DNA of 57,991 bases from Candidatus Sumerlaeales bacterium (lineage in GTDB: Bacteria; Sumerlaeota; Sumerlaeia; Sumerlaeales; Sumerlaeaceae): positions 1 to 57,991 of the forward strand of contig JBBSQY010000019.1 of assembly GCA_038243585.1 (NCBI GenBank), written 5' to 3'. The first letter of the stretch is position 1. Each line of letters starts with the position of its first letter. This document shows, piece by piece, positions 1 to 10,662 of the stretch. Both the position numbers and the translations under genes were made by a program. The notes beneath the pieces were generated by a model. That model did not search any database, was not told where the DNA came from, and was given only the letters and a program-made list of their open reading frames with translations.

Positions 1-93
1 AAAGAGGCTTGTTCAAAGCAAAATTCCCTATTGTGCGTAAGAGTAGATTCCATGTTGTGTAATTTAAATTAGCGCCCAAACGGCGCCGTGGTG

Positions 94-121
94 AAAAAGC
101 GCCCGTGACTCCACGGGCGCT
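94..121 (-). terminator. Intrinsic terminator after aroF
   Basis: 10-bp perfect stem AGCGCCCGTG/CACGGGCGCT with 4-nt loop; A-run on + (U-tract on -) just past the aroF stop. Confidence 0.8.
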
Positions 122-131
122 CAATCAGAAA

Positions 132-1166
132 TTAAACTTCAGCGGTCGCTGCGGGAAGCGTCTTGCCGACAGCTTCGGCAACAGCGCGAACGTCTTCCAT
201 AAGCGTGTCAAACTTGCTGAATTTCAGGGTTTGCGCGCCATCACTCCACGCTTTTTCCGGCAATGGATGAACTTCCACCATCAGACCATGAGCGCCAACG
301 GCAATGGCCGCGCGCGACAGTTGATTGACGAAGCGGAAATCTCCGGCCGCGTGACTTGGATCAACAAACACAGGAAGATGAGTTTCCAGCATGGCAACGC
401 AGACGGCACAGAGATCAAGTGTATTGCGGGTCGAAGTTTCGAATGTCCGAATGCCTCGCTCCACCAGGATTACGTTTTTGTTGCCTTGGGACATAATGTA
501 TTCGGCGGACATCAACCATTCTTTTACGGTCATGCTCATGCCGCGCTTCAGGAAAACAGGAATATCGTATTTGCCAACTTCCCGAAGCAAATTGAAATTC
601 TGAGCGTTCCGGGTGCCGATCTGGAATGCATCTGCATAGCGGTTCACCAGTTCCACATCCCGCGTGTCCATGACTTCCGTAACGATGGCCAGTCCGGTTT
701 CCTCGCGAGCGTCGGAAAGCATTTTTAAGCCTTCTTCCGCGAGGCCGGCAAAGTCATAAGGGGAAGTGCGGGGCTTGAAGGCTCCGCCACGCAACAACTT
801 TGCGCCGGAAGCTTTGATGGCGCGGGCGGTTTCAAAGAGCGACTCGTTCTTTTCCACACTGCAAGGGCCACCGGCGACAACTATTTCGTCGCCGCCAATG
901 ACGAAATCACGAATTTTAATGCGGGTTCCCTCCGGACGAAAACTCCGCCCGGCCAGTTTGTAAGGCTTCACAATGGGCATGGCGTTTTCTACGCCCGGCA
1001 GTGCAACAAAAGGAATCTGCTGAATCTTCAGCTCGTCTCCGATAGCACCGATTACAGTGCGCTCTTCTCCGCGACTAATATGGGCTTGCAGACCGGCTTC
1101 ACGAATAACATCCGCCAGATGATCAATCTCTTCAGGAGTAGCTTCGGGTTTCATAACGATAATCAT
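132..1166 (-). CDS. aroF: 3-deoxy-7-phosphoheptulonate (DAHP) synthase, type I-beta, with N-terminal regulatory domain
   Basis: Motifs GGPCSVE, RGGAFKPRTSPY, LKRG, ERGIRTFE, DPSH, SDG; MIIVMK regulatory N-terminus. Confidence 0.95.
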   Translation of the reverse strand: MIIVMKPEATPEEIDHLADVIREAGLQAHISRGEERTVIGAIGDELKIQQIPFVALPGVENAMPIVKPYKLAGRSFRPEGTRIKIRDFVIGGDEIVVAGGPCSVEKNESLFETARAIKASGAKLLRGGAFKPRTSPYDFAGLAEEGLKMLSDAREETGLAIVTEVMDTRDVELVNRYADAFQIGTRNAQNFNLLREVGKYDIPVFLKRGMSMTVKEWLMSAEYIMSQGNKNVILVERGIRTFETSTRNTLDLCAVCVAMLETHLPVFVDPSHAAGDFRFVNQLSRAAIAVGAHGLMVEVHPLPEKAWSDGAQTLKFSKFDTLMEDVRAVAEAVGKTLPAATAEV

Positions 1167-1213
1167 TAGTTTAAGAACTCTCTGTTCAGTAAATATCCGC
1201 TCAAGCGGAAACG

Positions 1214-2314
1214 CTATAGTTTACTCTGTAACACATTCGTGAGGGCGTCGATAAAAATTTCGTTCTCCGTTTGCAGGCCTACGCTGATTCGCAGATGCTC
1301 CGGCAACTTGTAAATTCCCATCGGACGCACGATTACGCCGCGCCGCAGTAACGATTCGTACACCGCAGCCGCCGGGCGCTTCATATTCACCAGTACAAAA
1401 TTGGCATACGATTTCACATAGGAAAGTCCGAGGGAATCGAAAGCTTGGTAAAAACGGCTTAAACCCTCCGCGTTTCCGCTTACGGTCCGGCTTAAGTGAC
1501 CATCATCATCCAATGCTGCCATAGCTGCTTCCTGGGCCAGCCGGTTCACGTTAAACGGGGGGCGCACGCGGTCTACCACGTTCCAGATTCCCGGGTTGCC
1601 AATGGCGTAGCCGACACGAATTCCGGCCAGGCCGTAAGCCTTGCTGAAGGTTCGCGTGATTACCAGATTAGGAAACTCCGCGAGCCACTGGATAGCGTCA
1701 GGATATTCTGGCCAGGCGCGGGCATACTCGTAATAAGCCTCGTCCAGTACCACAATAACCGACGACGGAACCGTTTCCAACAGCCGTCGGACCTCTGCCG
1801 CAGACACTGCGGACCCAACGGGATTATCGGGGTTGGCGAGAAACAGGAACCGGGTGTCTTGATCCACTGCGGCCGCCAGCGCATCCACGTCATGGCGCCA
1901 CTCTCGCATAGGCACATGCCGTGTTAAGGCTCCCATGCTTGTAGCGCCCATTTCGTAACGGATAAACGTGCGCTCGGAGCAGACAATATTATGGGTATTA
2001 TCCAGAAAAGCCATGGCCATTAGAGCCACTATTTCATCGGAACCGTTGCCGAAGATCAAATTTTCCGGTGTCACGCCCAGGAGACCGGCCAGCTTGTTTC
2101 GCAGATAGTAGCAACCGCTTTCCGGATAAAGATGCAGTTCCGTAAGCTGGGCCGCTATCGCTTCCACGGCCTTCGGAGACGGTCCAAAAGGATTTTCATT
2201 ACTGGCCAGCTTCACCACTTCGGTCAGCCCGTGTTCGCGCTGCACCTCTTCAATGGGCTTGCCCGGCGGGTAGGGTTGCAGATTCGCAAGTTCCTGTCGG
2301 AACGGGAAAAGCAT
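1214..2314 (-). CDS. hisC: Histidinol-phosphate aminotransferase
   Basis: YPPGKP, KLASNENP, GNGSDE, NPDNPVG, DEAY, RTFSKAYGLAGIRVGY; ATG at 2314 with AGGAG SD preferred to the GTG at 2341. Confidence 0.93.
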   Translation of the reverse strand: MLFPFRQELANLQPYPPGKPIEEVQREHGLTEVVKLASNENPFGPSPKAVEAIAAQLTELHLYPESGCYYLRNKLAGLLGVTPENLIFGNGSDEIVALMAMAFLDNTHNIVCSERTFIRYEMGATSMGALTRHVPMREWRHDVDALAAAVDQDTRFLFLANPDNPVGSAVSAAEVRRLLETVPSSVIVVLDEAYYEYARAWPEYPDAIQWLAEFPNLVITRTFSKAYGLAGIRVGYAIGNPGIWNVVDRVRPPFNVNRLAQEAAMAALDDDGHLSRTVSGNAEGLSRFYQAFDSLGLSYVKSYANFVLVNMKRPAAAVYESLLRRGVIVRPMGIYKLPEHLRISVGLQTENEIFIDALTNVLQSKL

Positions 2315-2337
2315 TATGTCTCCTGAAGTTTTCGTTT

Positions 2338-2643
2338 TCACCCTCCCGGTGTCCCTTTGGGATCCTCAGGGGATCGCATCAATGAATTAAAAATGCGCAC
2401 AGCGACTGGCACCGCATCCTGAATTTCATACACGAGATCGTTAAATTCTTCCATGGCAAAGTCGCGAATACGCTCCTCCCCAACTCTCGCACGAAATGCA
2501 GGCGCTTCCTTTTTAAAACGGTCAAGTGCCTGCGTAAAAAGCCGTGCCGATGCCAGAAGGGCTTCGGCTGAATCGAGCTCGCGCTCTTCAAACATCGCCA
2601 CGGCTTTATCGATATTGTCGCGGTTGTACAGTTTTTCAGACAC
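2338..2643 (-). CDS. Hypothetical small helical protein
   Basis: 101-aa ORF tightly packed in the minus-strand gene run; no family recognised. Confidence 0.65.
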   Translation of the reverse strand: MSEKLYNRDNIDKAVAMFEERELDSAEALLASARLFTQALDRFKKEAPAFRARVGEERIRDFAMEEFNDLVYEIQDAVPVAVRIFNSLMRSPEDPKGTPGG

Positions 2644-2646
2644 GCC

Positions 2647-3081
2647 TTACGGTGCGACCTCAATCGTTGGTCGCTCAGCCGGAGCCGCTGGAGCAGTTGT
2701 CGTTGCCGGTGCTGAGCCCGCCCTGCTGGCATTGCGATCCATGCTTGTCCGAATATCGCTGGCACCCTGCTGCACGGCTGCGGCCAGTTCCCGAAGAGCC
2801 GCGGCAATGTCGCGATTAGACGCGGCAACTTCGCTGGTCGCGGCCGCTACGGCCACGTCCTGCGTCTGCGGAATTGTGGAGTCGATAATGACGCCAGTAT
2901 CCGTTTTTTCCAGATCAGTAACGTTGCGGCGATCTACATTCACTCCGGATCGGCCGATTTGCGCCTGCGCCGATCCAATTACTCCCACACCGTAATCACG
3001 AGCCAAACCACCCAGCATCAAAAGCGCAATGGCGGTGAGAATCATGTTGGTGTAGATCCTGGTGTCAATTCGAGGCGTCAT
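2647..3081 (-). CDS. Hypothetical membrane-anchored/exported protein
   Basis: AAGGAG SD; N-terminal hydrophobic helix (YTNMILTAIALLMLGG); Ala/Pro-rich tail. Confidence 0.75.
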   Translation of the reverse strand: MTPRIDTRIYTNMILTAIALLMLGGLARDYGVGVIGSAQAQIGRSGVNVDRRNVTDLEKTDTGVIIDSTIPQTQDVAVAAATSEVAASNRDIAAALRELAAAVQQGASDIRTSMDRNASRAGSAPATTTAPAAPAERPTIEVAP

Positions 3082-3114
3082 CCTCAGTTTCTCCTTCGTT
3101 ATTTTAATTATTTT

Positions 3115-3840
3115 TTAATCCTGAGAACGCAGATAATATGACAGCGTCTCCATTTCAATGGATAAGTCAACATAATGCACCTTCACTCCTTCAGGAACAG
3201 TCAACCGCTTGGGAACAAAGTTAAGAATGCCCTTGATTCCGGCTGCCACGAGTCGATCCGCCATACCCTGACAGGCATCGACAGGCACCGCAAGCACCCC
3301 AATATCCGCCCCGGATTGTTTAAGACGATCTTCCAACTCGTCAACATGATACACGGCGAGATCTCCACGGCTTGAGCCGACCTTTCGCCGGTCCGCATCA
3401 AAAGCCATCTCAATTTTGAAACCCTGCCGGTTAAAGCCGCCATAAGATACCAGCGCCGAACCGAGATTTCCCACGCCGACCAGAATGACTCGCACCTCGC
3501 GGTCGGTTCGCAAAATCCGCTTCAGGTTCTCCCGAAGGTCTTTAATGTAATAACCAAAGCCGGGAACGCCAAACTGCCCAAAATAAGCAAGATCCTTGCG
3601 AACCTGGGCGCTGTTGATCCCCAGAAGGTCCGCAAGTTCGGAGCTACTGATCTTTTCAACAGTGTTCAGTTCCAGATCGCTGAGCAGGCGACTATATAAC
3701 GCAAGACGCCGCACGACGGCAGACGGAATCTTATCCAGGCGAGGAGGCTGCTCCAGATCGAACTGTTCATCGCTGTCGGGGCGAAGTGAAAATCTTATGT
3801 TATTTTGAAACCTCATGATAGCGGAGACCGGACCTGACAA
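3115..3840 (-). CDS. rex: Redox-sensing transcriptional repressor Rex
   Basis: RRLALYSR, ISSSELA, QVRKDLAYFG winged helix; VGVGNLG NAD-binding motif; GILNFVP; true start uncertain. Confidence 0.93.
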   Translation of the reverse strand: MSGPVSAIMRFQNNIRFSLRPDSDEQFDLEQPPRLDKIPSAVVRRLALYSRLLSDLELNTVEKISSSELADLLGINSAQVRKDLAYFGQFGVPGFGYYIKDLRENLKRILRTDREVRVILVGVGNLGSALVSYGGFNRQGFKIEMAFDADRRKVGSSRGDLAVYHVDELEDRLKQSGADIGVLAVPVDACQGMADRLVAAGIKGILNFVPKRLTVPEGVKVHYVDLSIEMETLSYYLRSQD

Positions 3841-3997
3841 ACTGCTTCAACTAAACGCAATTACTAAAGTGAGCGTTTCCGCGCACGCTCAATTATTTGG
3901 AATGTGACACCGATAAGCCCTAGGTAGTTTTAACACAGATTCTACCCTTAAGCCGAGATTCATCTGCACTTAGATCGGGACCTGATCACTTAAACTA

Positions 3998-5416
3998 TTA
4001 TGCTGGTTCTACGGGCACGTGCTGATTTTCATCCGGCTTGCGACCAACGCACACTACGGATAGTCCAATAGGAAGACGAAGACTGTCAACGGCGCGGGCG
4101 ATGGGCATCATCAACTTCTGCCCCGCGACATGACCCTCGTTTATCTCATTAGCCCGCATGACTTTGCCAGCAACAAACCAACCAGCTGCACCTACGGCAT
4201 TAAAGTAAAATGACTCTGCCAATTGAAATCCCGCCCGCAACATCTTGTCCTGCAGTTCTTTCATGCTATAGCGGCGATAGTGGTCCAGGTTCGCGTCGAT
4301 TTTACAGTACAACGCCTGAAAAGCCGGCACAAGCACCACCAGGCGACCACCCGGCTGTACAAGATCATACAAATTGCGCAAGGCGAGTTCATCTTCTTTA
4401 ATGTGCTCCAGCACGTTCAGCATGACAATGGTGTCAGGCGGCGCGGCGGTCAATCCCGGCGGAGGCGGCTGAGTGGCATCATATTGAAAGAAGCTGACAT
4501 TTTCCCTGTCCCCAAACTTGGCCCGCAAATCGTCCAGATAGTCTTCCCTGGGATCGGTCAAAATGATTTCAGAACCCGGCGCGGAAGCAAGATTGTCCAG
4601 ATTGTTCCCGATACCGCAGCCGATTTCCATCACGCGGTTGCCAAGGTGGTGGCGAAGCCGGCTGTACATCCACTGGCTATACTGATTAAAACCGCTCAGG
4701 GTTTGCAGCGTCTGCTTGCCATAGTCTTTGTAACGGCCACGACTATACTTGATTATGCACCAGATGGCCTGAAAGCCATCTTTCCAGCCAATTTTCTTCC
4801 CCTCGTCGTAGCCGCGCCCATCATAACTGATTCCGACTTCGAAAATCCGCACATCCATGCTGGCGAGTTTGGCTGTGATTTCCGGCTCGAAACCAAAGCG
4901 GTTCTGCTCAATATCAATGGATTTAAATACGTCTGTCCGAACCAGCTTGTAACAGGTTTCCATATCGGTCAGATTAAGATTCGTAAACATATTGGAAAGT
5001 AGCGTTAGGAATTTATTGCCGACGCTGTGCCAGAAGAAAAGCACCCGGTGGGGTCGCCCCCCTAAAAACCTTGAGCCATACACGACGTCGGCTTTGCCCT
5101 CCATTACTGCGGACAAAAGAAGGTGATATTCCTGGGGATCGTATTCCAGATCAGCATCTTGAATGACGGTATAATCGCCGGTGGCGTACTGGATTCCAGT
5201 GCGAAGAGCAGCACCCTTTCCCTTATTCTCGCTATGAAGCACGATCTTATTTACCAATGTTTCCAGTTCGGGGTAAATGCTTCGAGTGCCGTCCGTACTG
5301 AAATCATCCACTAGAATAATTTCTTTTTCAATGCCTTCCACCGCGCGCACACGATTTATGATCTCACGCAGGGTGTGTAGCTCATTGTAAACAGGGATTA
5401 TAACGCTAAGTTTCAT
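3998..5416 (-). CDS. GT2 (Dpm1-like) glycosyltransferase fused to class I SAM-dependent methyltransferase
   Basis: [38 protein letters not shown]-terminal [17 protein letters not shown]...D...HYRRY. Confidence 0.9.
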   Translation of the reverse strand: MKLSVIIPVYNELHTLREIINRVRAVEGIEKEIILVDDFSTDGTRSIYPELETLVNKIVLHSENKGKGAALRTGIQYATGDYTVIQDADLEYDPQEYHLLLSAVMEGKADVVYGSRFLGGRPHRVLFFWHSVGNKFLTLLSNMFTNLNLTDMETCYKLVRTDVFKSIDIEQNRFGFEPEITAKLASMDVRIFEVGISYDGRGYDEGKKIGWKDGFQAIWCIIKYSRGRYKDYGKQTLQTLSGFNQYSQWMYSRLRHHLGNRVMEIGCGIGNNLDNLASAPGSEIILTDPREDYLDDLRAKFGDRENVSFFQYDATQPPPPGLTAAPPDTIVMLNVLEHIKEDELALRNLYDLVQPGGRLVVLVPAFQALYCKIDANLDHYRRYSMKELQDKMLRAGFQLAESFYFNAVGAAGWFVAGKVMRANEINEGHVAGQKLMMPIARAVDSLRLPIGLSVVCVGRKPDENQHVPVEPA

Positions 5417-5541
5417 GGGACACCGGCTATTAATTTTGTCTAATCAGGTCAAGTTAATTGGAACATGGCCGATGTCAGAAAATTTTCCGTGGCCACAGCA
5501 GCCTGACTCTGACCCTCGAAGTACCAGGGCTCGCTCATAAC

Positions 5542-6225
5542 TTACATAATCTGTGGACTGGAAGTGCTACGGTCTGCGTGCAGTTGGCGCACGACTGCCG
5601 CACCGTCGATATCCTCTGTCGACTCTAACACCCGCGCCATAACATTACGCAATAGAAGCGCACGTTCCTGTTGGGACAACGGCAGAGTTTCCGCCGCATA
5701 CCGGGCCGACGCCATTGTCGTATAGACCTGTCCAATTCTTTCCGAAGCCGCCATCTGGCCTACCAGTCCCTTAACCCAAGCGCTGAACAACGGCCCGGCG
5801 TCTCCGCCCAGCACTGCCACTTTCCAGCCAAGATCATCTTCCATTATAGCCGGAACCGCAAAAGTGCCGGCTTCCGCGTCATCTGTGCGGTTACAGGCAA
5901 TGCCAAGCTCATCGGCCCATTTGCCAACTTTACGGTTCGTTTCCGGATCATTAGTGGCGACGATAACCAGCCAGGTATTTTGGAGATCGATTCGGGAGAC
6001 CTCCCTGCGGTGGCATTTTAGCCCCTTTGATATCAGACCGGAAGTTTCGCTACAGGTCTCATCGCGCCAGGGATCAAACATCTCAATCTCCGCCCCCCGC
6101 GCCAGAAACTGCTCGGCACGGCGGCAGGCTACAGTGCCGCCACCGACCACGATAACGCGTCTGCCCCTGGGGCGCACCGCCACCATCATCCAAGGCGAAA
6201 TGCCATCAATATTAGCGTCACTCAT
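5542..6225 (-). CDS. Precorrin-2 dehydrogenase / sirohydrochlorin ferrochelatase family (SirC/CysG-N-like)
   Basis: VIVVGGGTVA Rossmann motif, ATNDPETN, CNRTD...GTFAVPA. Confidence 0.8.
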   Translation of the reverse strand: MSDANIDGISPWMMVAVRPRGRRVIVVGGGTVACRRAEQFLARGAEIEMFDPWRDETCSETSGLISKGLKCHRREVSRIDLQNTWLVIVATNDPETNRKVGKWADELGIACNRTDDAEAGTFAVPAIMEDDLGWKVAVLGGDAGPLFSAWVKGLVGQMAASERIGQVYTTMASARYAAETLPLSQQERALLLRNVMARVLESTEDIDGAAVVRQLHADRSTSSPQIM

Positions 6226-7391
6226 TCGCCACCACCATCTACTATGTCAGAACCATCGAAGCCAACAAATACCGGCTCCGGGCGAAGTTCCACTCCAAAC
6301 TGTCTGCTCACCTGGGTCTTGACGTGATCGACCAGTACTAACACCTCAGCGCTTGTGCCGTCTCCGCAGTTGATCAGGGCAAGCACATGACGTGTGCTGA
6401 GACCTACGTTCCCAAGGCGAAACCCTTTTTTTAGCCCGGACTTCTCCATAAGATAAGCCGCACTCAGCTTGGTATGCCCGGGGTTAGCGGGGTATCCTGG
6501 CAATTTCTCGTTCGGATCAAGCAGTTTGTTATGAACCATAACGTGTCTTATTTTTTCGGCCTCTTCATGGCTAACGATAGGATTCATGAAAAAGGACCCG
6601 CAGCTTCTGGAATCCGGTATTACCGCGTCTACTACCATACCTTTTGAGCGGCGCACTGCTAAAACGGCATCACGAGTTTGCGCCAGACTGGGCTTCTCAA
6701 TTTTATGTTCATCAAAATAACGGGTTAGATCACCGTATCGAACTGTAGGCGAAGTGTTCTTTTTTAAATGAAAGGCGACCCTCGTCACGACGTAACAGTC
6801 TCTATCAACACCTTTAAACCTGCTCCAGCGGTAAGCAAATTCGCATTCCGCCGCATTAAACCTGCGTAGTTCTGCGGTTGAACGATCCAAAGCCTCCACC
6901 CACGCAATGGTGTCTTTAACTTCCTGCCCATAGGCTCCAATATTCTGGATAGGACTGGCACCCACGGTGCCTGGGATTCCGCTGAGACATTCGAGACCCT
7001 GCAACTGGTGATCCACGCTCAGCTGCACAAGCTGATCCCAGCTTTCACCTGCACCTGCTACAACTTCCACAGTTGCATCGCCTATCTCGGCCACGTCAAA
7101 GCCGGCGATGCGCATAAGGATTACCAGCCCAGACCAACCATTGTCAGACACAAGCATGTTGCTGCCCCCGCCAAGTATCAGAACGGGCACCTGTCTGGCT
7201 TTGGCCCATGCAAGTGCCCCTTGAAGATCCTCTACTGTGAACGCTTCAATGAGATACCTGGCATCGCCACCAATACCAATAGTTGTCAGTGGTGCAAGAG
7301 GCTGACCCTGCAAGACTGTAATACTCTCATCTGATATGCTGTCAGACACTGTTGGTTTTACCGTGTTTAAACTTGTAGGTATTTGTGTCAC
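6222..7391 (-). CDS. murB: UDP-N-acetylenolpyruvoylglucosamine reductase
   Basis: LGGGSN, GLECLSGIPGTVGASPIQNIGAYG, FAYRWS, GSFFMNP, HVLALIN, LRPEP. Confidence 0.95.
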   Translation of the reverse strand: MTQIPTSLNTVKPTVSDSISDESITVLQGQPLAPLTTIGIGGDARYLIEAFTVEDLQGALAWAKARQVPVLILGGGSNMLVSDNGWSGLVILMRIAGFDVAEIGDATVEVVAGAGESWDQLVQLSVDHQLQGLECLSGIPGTVGASPIQNIGAYGQEVKDTIAWVEALDRSTAELRRFNAAECEFAYRWSRFKGVDRDCYVVTRVAFHLKKNTSPTVRYGDLTRYFDEHKIEKPSLAQTRDAVLAVRRSKGMVVDAVIPDSRSCGSFFMNPIVSHEEAEKIRHVMVHNKLLDPNEKLPGYPANPGHTKLSAAYLMEKSGLKKGFRLGNVGLSTRHVLALINCGDGTSAEVLVLVDHVKTQVSRQFGVELRPEPVFVGFDGSDIVDGGGE

Positions 7392-7399
7392 GTAAACCC

Positions 7400-9070
7400 T
7401 TAGTTTCTGTTCATCCGAGGTATAGGCGGAGGTCGTCTATTAGCGAGGGTAGAATATTTAGCCGAAGCATCCTGGATTTTATAGTATAGGTTATACGTAG
7501 TCGGCGAGCCCAGACTCGGGTCCATCTGAACTGCGGTTTTCCATGCGAAAATAGCCTGGCCCATATACTTGGCAGCTTCGTTCCGCGGAGAAAACACCCG
7601 AACATTTGTATCGGTTTCTTTACTTACGTAAGCCGCCATATACTGCATGGCCTGGGCATAATAATTATCACCACGCTCAGCAAGAGCGCGCGCTTCCGCC
7701 TGTTTGTTCTGAGCAATTTTTTGAGCCTCAACCTTTGCCATTGCCTGGATCTGGTTAGATTGAGCGGTGATGTCAGGATACATGGGATACTGCTGAGTCA
7801 CTTTTTCTGCCATCTCTACGGCCAGAACAAACTGGTTCTGCGCCATGAAATCCCGAGCATCCGCCAGATCAGACTCGGCAAAACGTCTTAGCGCCGACAA
7901 AGCCCCGGTGCTCTGCGCGTCCATGGTCAGCACATGACGATACTCTTCGACTGCAGTTGGAACAAGTCCGACCTGTTCCGCAAACATCGCAAGCTCAAGG
8001 CGAGCGTTCGCGCTGTTCATGTCGGTTTCAGCCCGCTTAATCATGTAAAGGTATTTGCTGTATGGCGTCGCGTCGGCCCCGGGCTTCACCTGCATATATT
8101 GAGAGAAATACGCGAGCGCCTGGCGATAGTCGCCTCGGCTTGCATACTGCTGATGCAAAGTGTCCAGGATAAACTCGAGACGCTGAGTTATATTGTACTG
8201 AGTGTTGAGGTCCGAGTCGCCCATATGCGCGGCAAAAATTGGCAGAGCCTTTTCATACTGCTGCAGCTTAAACAGCGCTTCCGCACCTTGGAGTTGCTCG
8301 TCAGGCACGGTAGATTGCAGGTAGAATTCGGCCCTATCCTGCAGTTTGGTCGGATCCCCGGCAAATGTTTTAATTAATAGCTCTTTTGCCCGAGCGTTTT
8401 CCGGCTCCATCTTAAGAACCTGGTTAAATTTTTCAGCCGCACCGGTGGTGTTCTGGCGATCCATCATATTTTGGCCCCATAACATATACAGGTTGGCCAA
8501 GGCCTTGTTATAGGCTGGTCGGACGGGGCTTACTTCGGATGGTTCAATGCTTTTTAAGGTTGTAAAAGCTGTATCAAAGTTGCCACCGCGAGCTAATTGC
8601 ATAGCCTGGTCAACCACCCGGCGCGCCTTATCGTCCAGTGCCGCCTGGGTTGCAGCGTCCTGATTGGCTACGCCGCCCCTTGCCTGTTGGATCTTTTGTT
8701 GCAGGTCAACATTACCGGCGTCAAACTGCAATCCCGTGCCGTAAGCCTCAATAGCTTTGTCATAGTCACCACGCTTCAAATACTCATCACCCAACAGCCC
8801 ATAGCTTAACGCAGGGGCTTGTGCTTCCGTCCGCGAAACCTTTGACCGAGGAATCGTGATTTCTCCGCTTGTAGTGCGGATAGTGACTTGGGAGTTATTG
8901 GTTTTAGAGGCAACGATTACCCCGACCTGCTTTTGACCATCGTTCATGTAAAGCACATCAGCATAGCCGGGCATGGCGCAGCATAAGATAAGCGCCGCCG
9001 CTGCCTTGGCAGCGTAATATTCTAATTTCATCATGTCAGCCCTCTTGATCATTAAAAATATCCGCCTCAT
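7400..9070 (-). CDS. Exported tetratricopeptide-repeat protein
   Basis: Signal-peptide-like N-terminus, small beta domain (ADVLYMNDG), multiple TPR-like helical pairs. Confidence 0.75.
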   Translation of the reverse strand: MRRIFLMIKRADMMKLEYYAAKAAAALILCCAMPGYADVLYMNDGQKQVGVIVASKTNNSQVTIRTTSGEITIPRSKVSRTEAQAPALSYGLLGDEYLKRGDYDKAIEAYGTGLQFDAGNVDLQQKIQQARGGVANQDAATQAALDDKARRVVDQAMQLARGGNFDTAFTTLKSIEPSEVSPVRPAYNKALANLYMLWGQNMMDRQNTTGAAEKFNQVLKMEPENARAKELLIKTFAGDPTKLQDRAEFYLQSTVPDEQLQGAEALFKLQQYEKALPIFAAHMGDSDLNTQYNITQRLEFILDTLHQQYASRGDYRQALAYFSQYMQVKPGADATPYSKYLYMIKRAETDMNSANARLELAMFAEQVGLVPTAVEEYRHVLTMDAQSTGALSALRRFAESDLADARDFMAQNQFVLAVEMAEKVTQQYPMYPDITAQSNQIQAMAKVEAQKIAQNKQAEARALAERGDNYYAQAMQYMAAYVSKETDTNVRVFSPRNEAAKYMGQAIFAWKTAVQMDPSLGSPTTYNLYYKIQDASAKYSTLANRRPPPIPRMNRN

Positions 9071-9174
9071 TTGCTTTACTTAAACAGACTTACCACAGGA
9101 ATGCAAAAATAGATTCTCCAGCTTTAATTGATTCTTTCTTTGCCTTCACCATGTAGCTGCCAGATATCTGTACC

Positions 9175-10662
9175 ATGTCATATCGAAAAACGAAACCCAT
9201 GCCACTACTGAACATACAACCTTTCCCATCTCAAATTGTCTCCGGCGGAATCCTGGTGGGTGGGGTCCTGTTTGCAGTGCTTCTGGTATTTTTCGGTGGA
9301 CCGCTGGGACTGGCGGCTCTTTTAGGGTTGGCGGCCATGTTGTTAATGCTGTTTACCCATCCACTTGTCCCATTCTGTCTTTACTTCAGTATGTTGTTCT
9401 TTAAAGCCGATACCACGGTGCCCGGCTGGCCTGTAAGCCCTAACCAGATTCTCGCACCGCTGTTCTTTCTGTCGGCGCTGTTCTATGCGGTGCAGGGGAA
9501 AGCTCTGTCGTTAAAATTTGCCTTATTGCCGGTCCTCACGATAATGTCGCTCTATTTTATAGTCAGCGGCGTAACTGGTTTGGATTTTGAGAACGGACTT
9601 CTTTACTCACGATATGTGCTCGTGTACGTGGTTTTGTCAGTATGTCTGGCAATTTCCCTGTCCAGCGAACGGGCAATACTCGCGTTTTTCTGGATTGTCG
9701 TGTTCCTGACCGGAGCCGCTGCCGCCGGTGGCCTGGTGGAAGCCATACAAAAGGACATTCTGGGAAGTTTCGCCGGCCACTGGACATACGAATTTCGCGT
9801 GCAGGGAACTGCTGCAAACCCTATCGTATATGCCTGGAACATGGTGTTCGCGTTCCCGTTTGCATTCTTTCTTTTCGCGGAAATGCGGAGCAGATATACT
9901 CGCGGGCTGGCCATCTTCCTCGGAGTTCTCATGCTGGGGGTGGCGGCGCTAACCTTTAACCGCCAGACTTACGTTGTTATCGCGCTGGTCGTGCTGTTGT
10001 GCGCCACGCTTTATGCATATAGGAACCGCGCCATCTTTCTAAGCCTTCTCTCGGTGCTCTTTGCCATGAGCGCATTTACCGTGCTTCCCCTCATTCTACG
10101 GCGGATGCTCTCCGTGGTCAACCTCGGCCATGACTATTCCTACCTGGAACGCCGGGATTCGTATCTTCTGGGGATGGAAATGTTTAAGGATTACCCACTG
10201 TTTGGGGTGGGCCTGGGGTCGTTTTCCAAAGTATGGCATGAGTATATCCCGAAGAACTATCCAACCTTTTTTGCGCAATACCGTGGTGCTGGAGAATTGA
10301 AGTTTATGGATCTCGGAATCATGTCCGTCATGGTGGAAACCGGCATAGTCGGCCTGTTTTTGTTCATGGCACTACTCCTTGCCATACTCGTACGCGCCTG
10401 GAACTATCGAAAGCAGGCCATAGCAGCAGGAGATGATTTCGCCCGCAACCTTGCGTCTACAGTGCTGGTGGCTTTAATGTTTATCGTGGCGACCTCGGTC
10501 ATTCAGGATACCTTCCTATATACCAGGATATGGGTATTTTACGGGCTGGCCCTGTTGCTGGATACCAGGCAGATTCCGTTTCGGCCAAAAGTCGCGGCGA
10601 TGCCTGCCGATTATGAGGAACCGACGGCTCTGCCAGCGGATGGTCCCCTTCCCCCCTCGTGA
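9175..10662 (+). CDS. O-antigen ligase / Wzy_C family membrane protein
   Basis: About 12 TM helices; RVQGTAANP, LTFNR, R...G..MF.DYPLFGVGLGSF. Confidence 0.8.
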   Translation: MSYRKTKPMPLLNIQPFPSQIVSGGILVGGVLFAVLLVFFGGPLGLAALLGLAAMLLMLFTHPLVPFCLYFSMLFFKADTTVPGWPVSPNQILAPLFFLSALFYAVQGKALSLKFALLPVLTIMSLYFIVSGVTGLDFENGLLYSRYVLVYVVLSVCLAISLSSERAILAFFWIVVFLTGAAAAGGLVEAIQKDILGSFAGHWTYEFRVQGTAANPIVYAWNMVFAFPFAFFLFAEMRSRYTRGLAIFLGVLMLGVAALTFNRQTYVVIALVVLLCATLYAYRNRAIFLSLLSVLFAMSAFTVLPLILRRMLSVVNLGHDYSYLERRDSYLLGMEMFKDYPLFGVGLGSFSKVWHEYIPKNYPTFFAQYRGAGELKFMDLGIMSVMVETGIVGLFLFMALLLAILVRAWNYRKQAIAAGDDFARNLASTVLVALMFIVATSVIQDTFLYTRIWVFYGLALLLDTRQIPFRPKVAAMPADYEEPTALPADGPLPPS

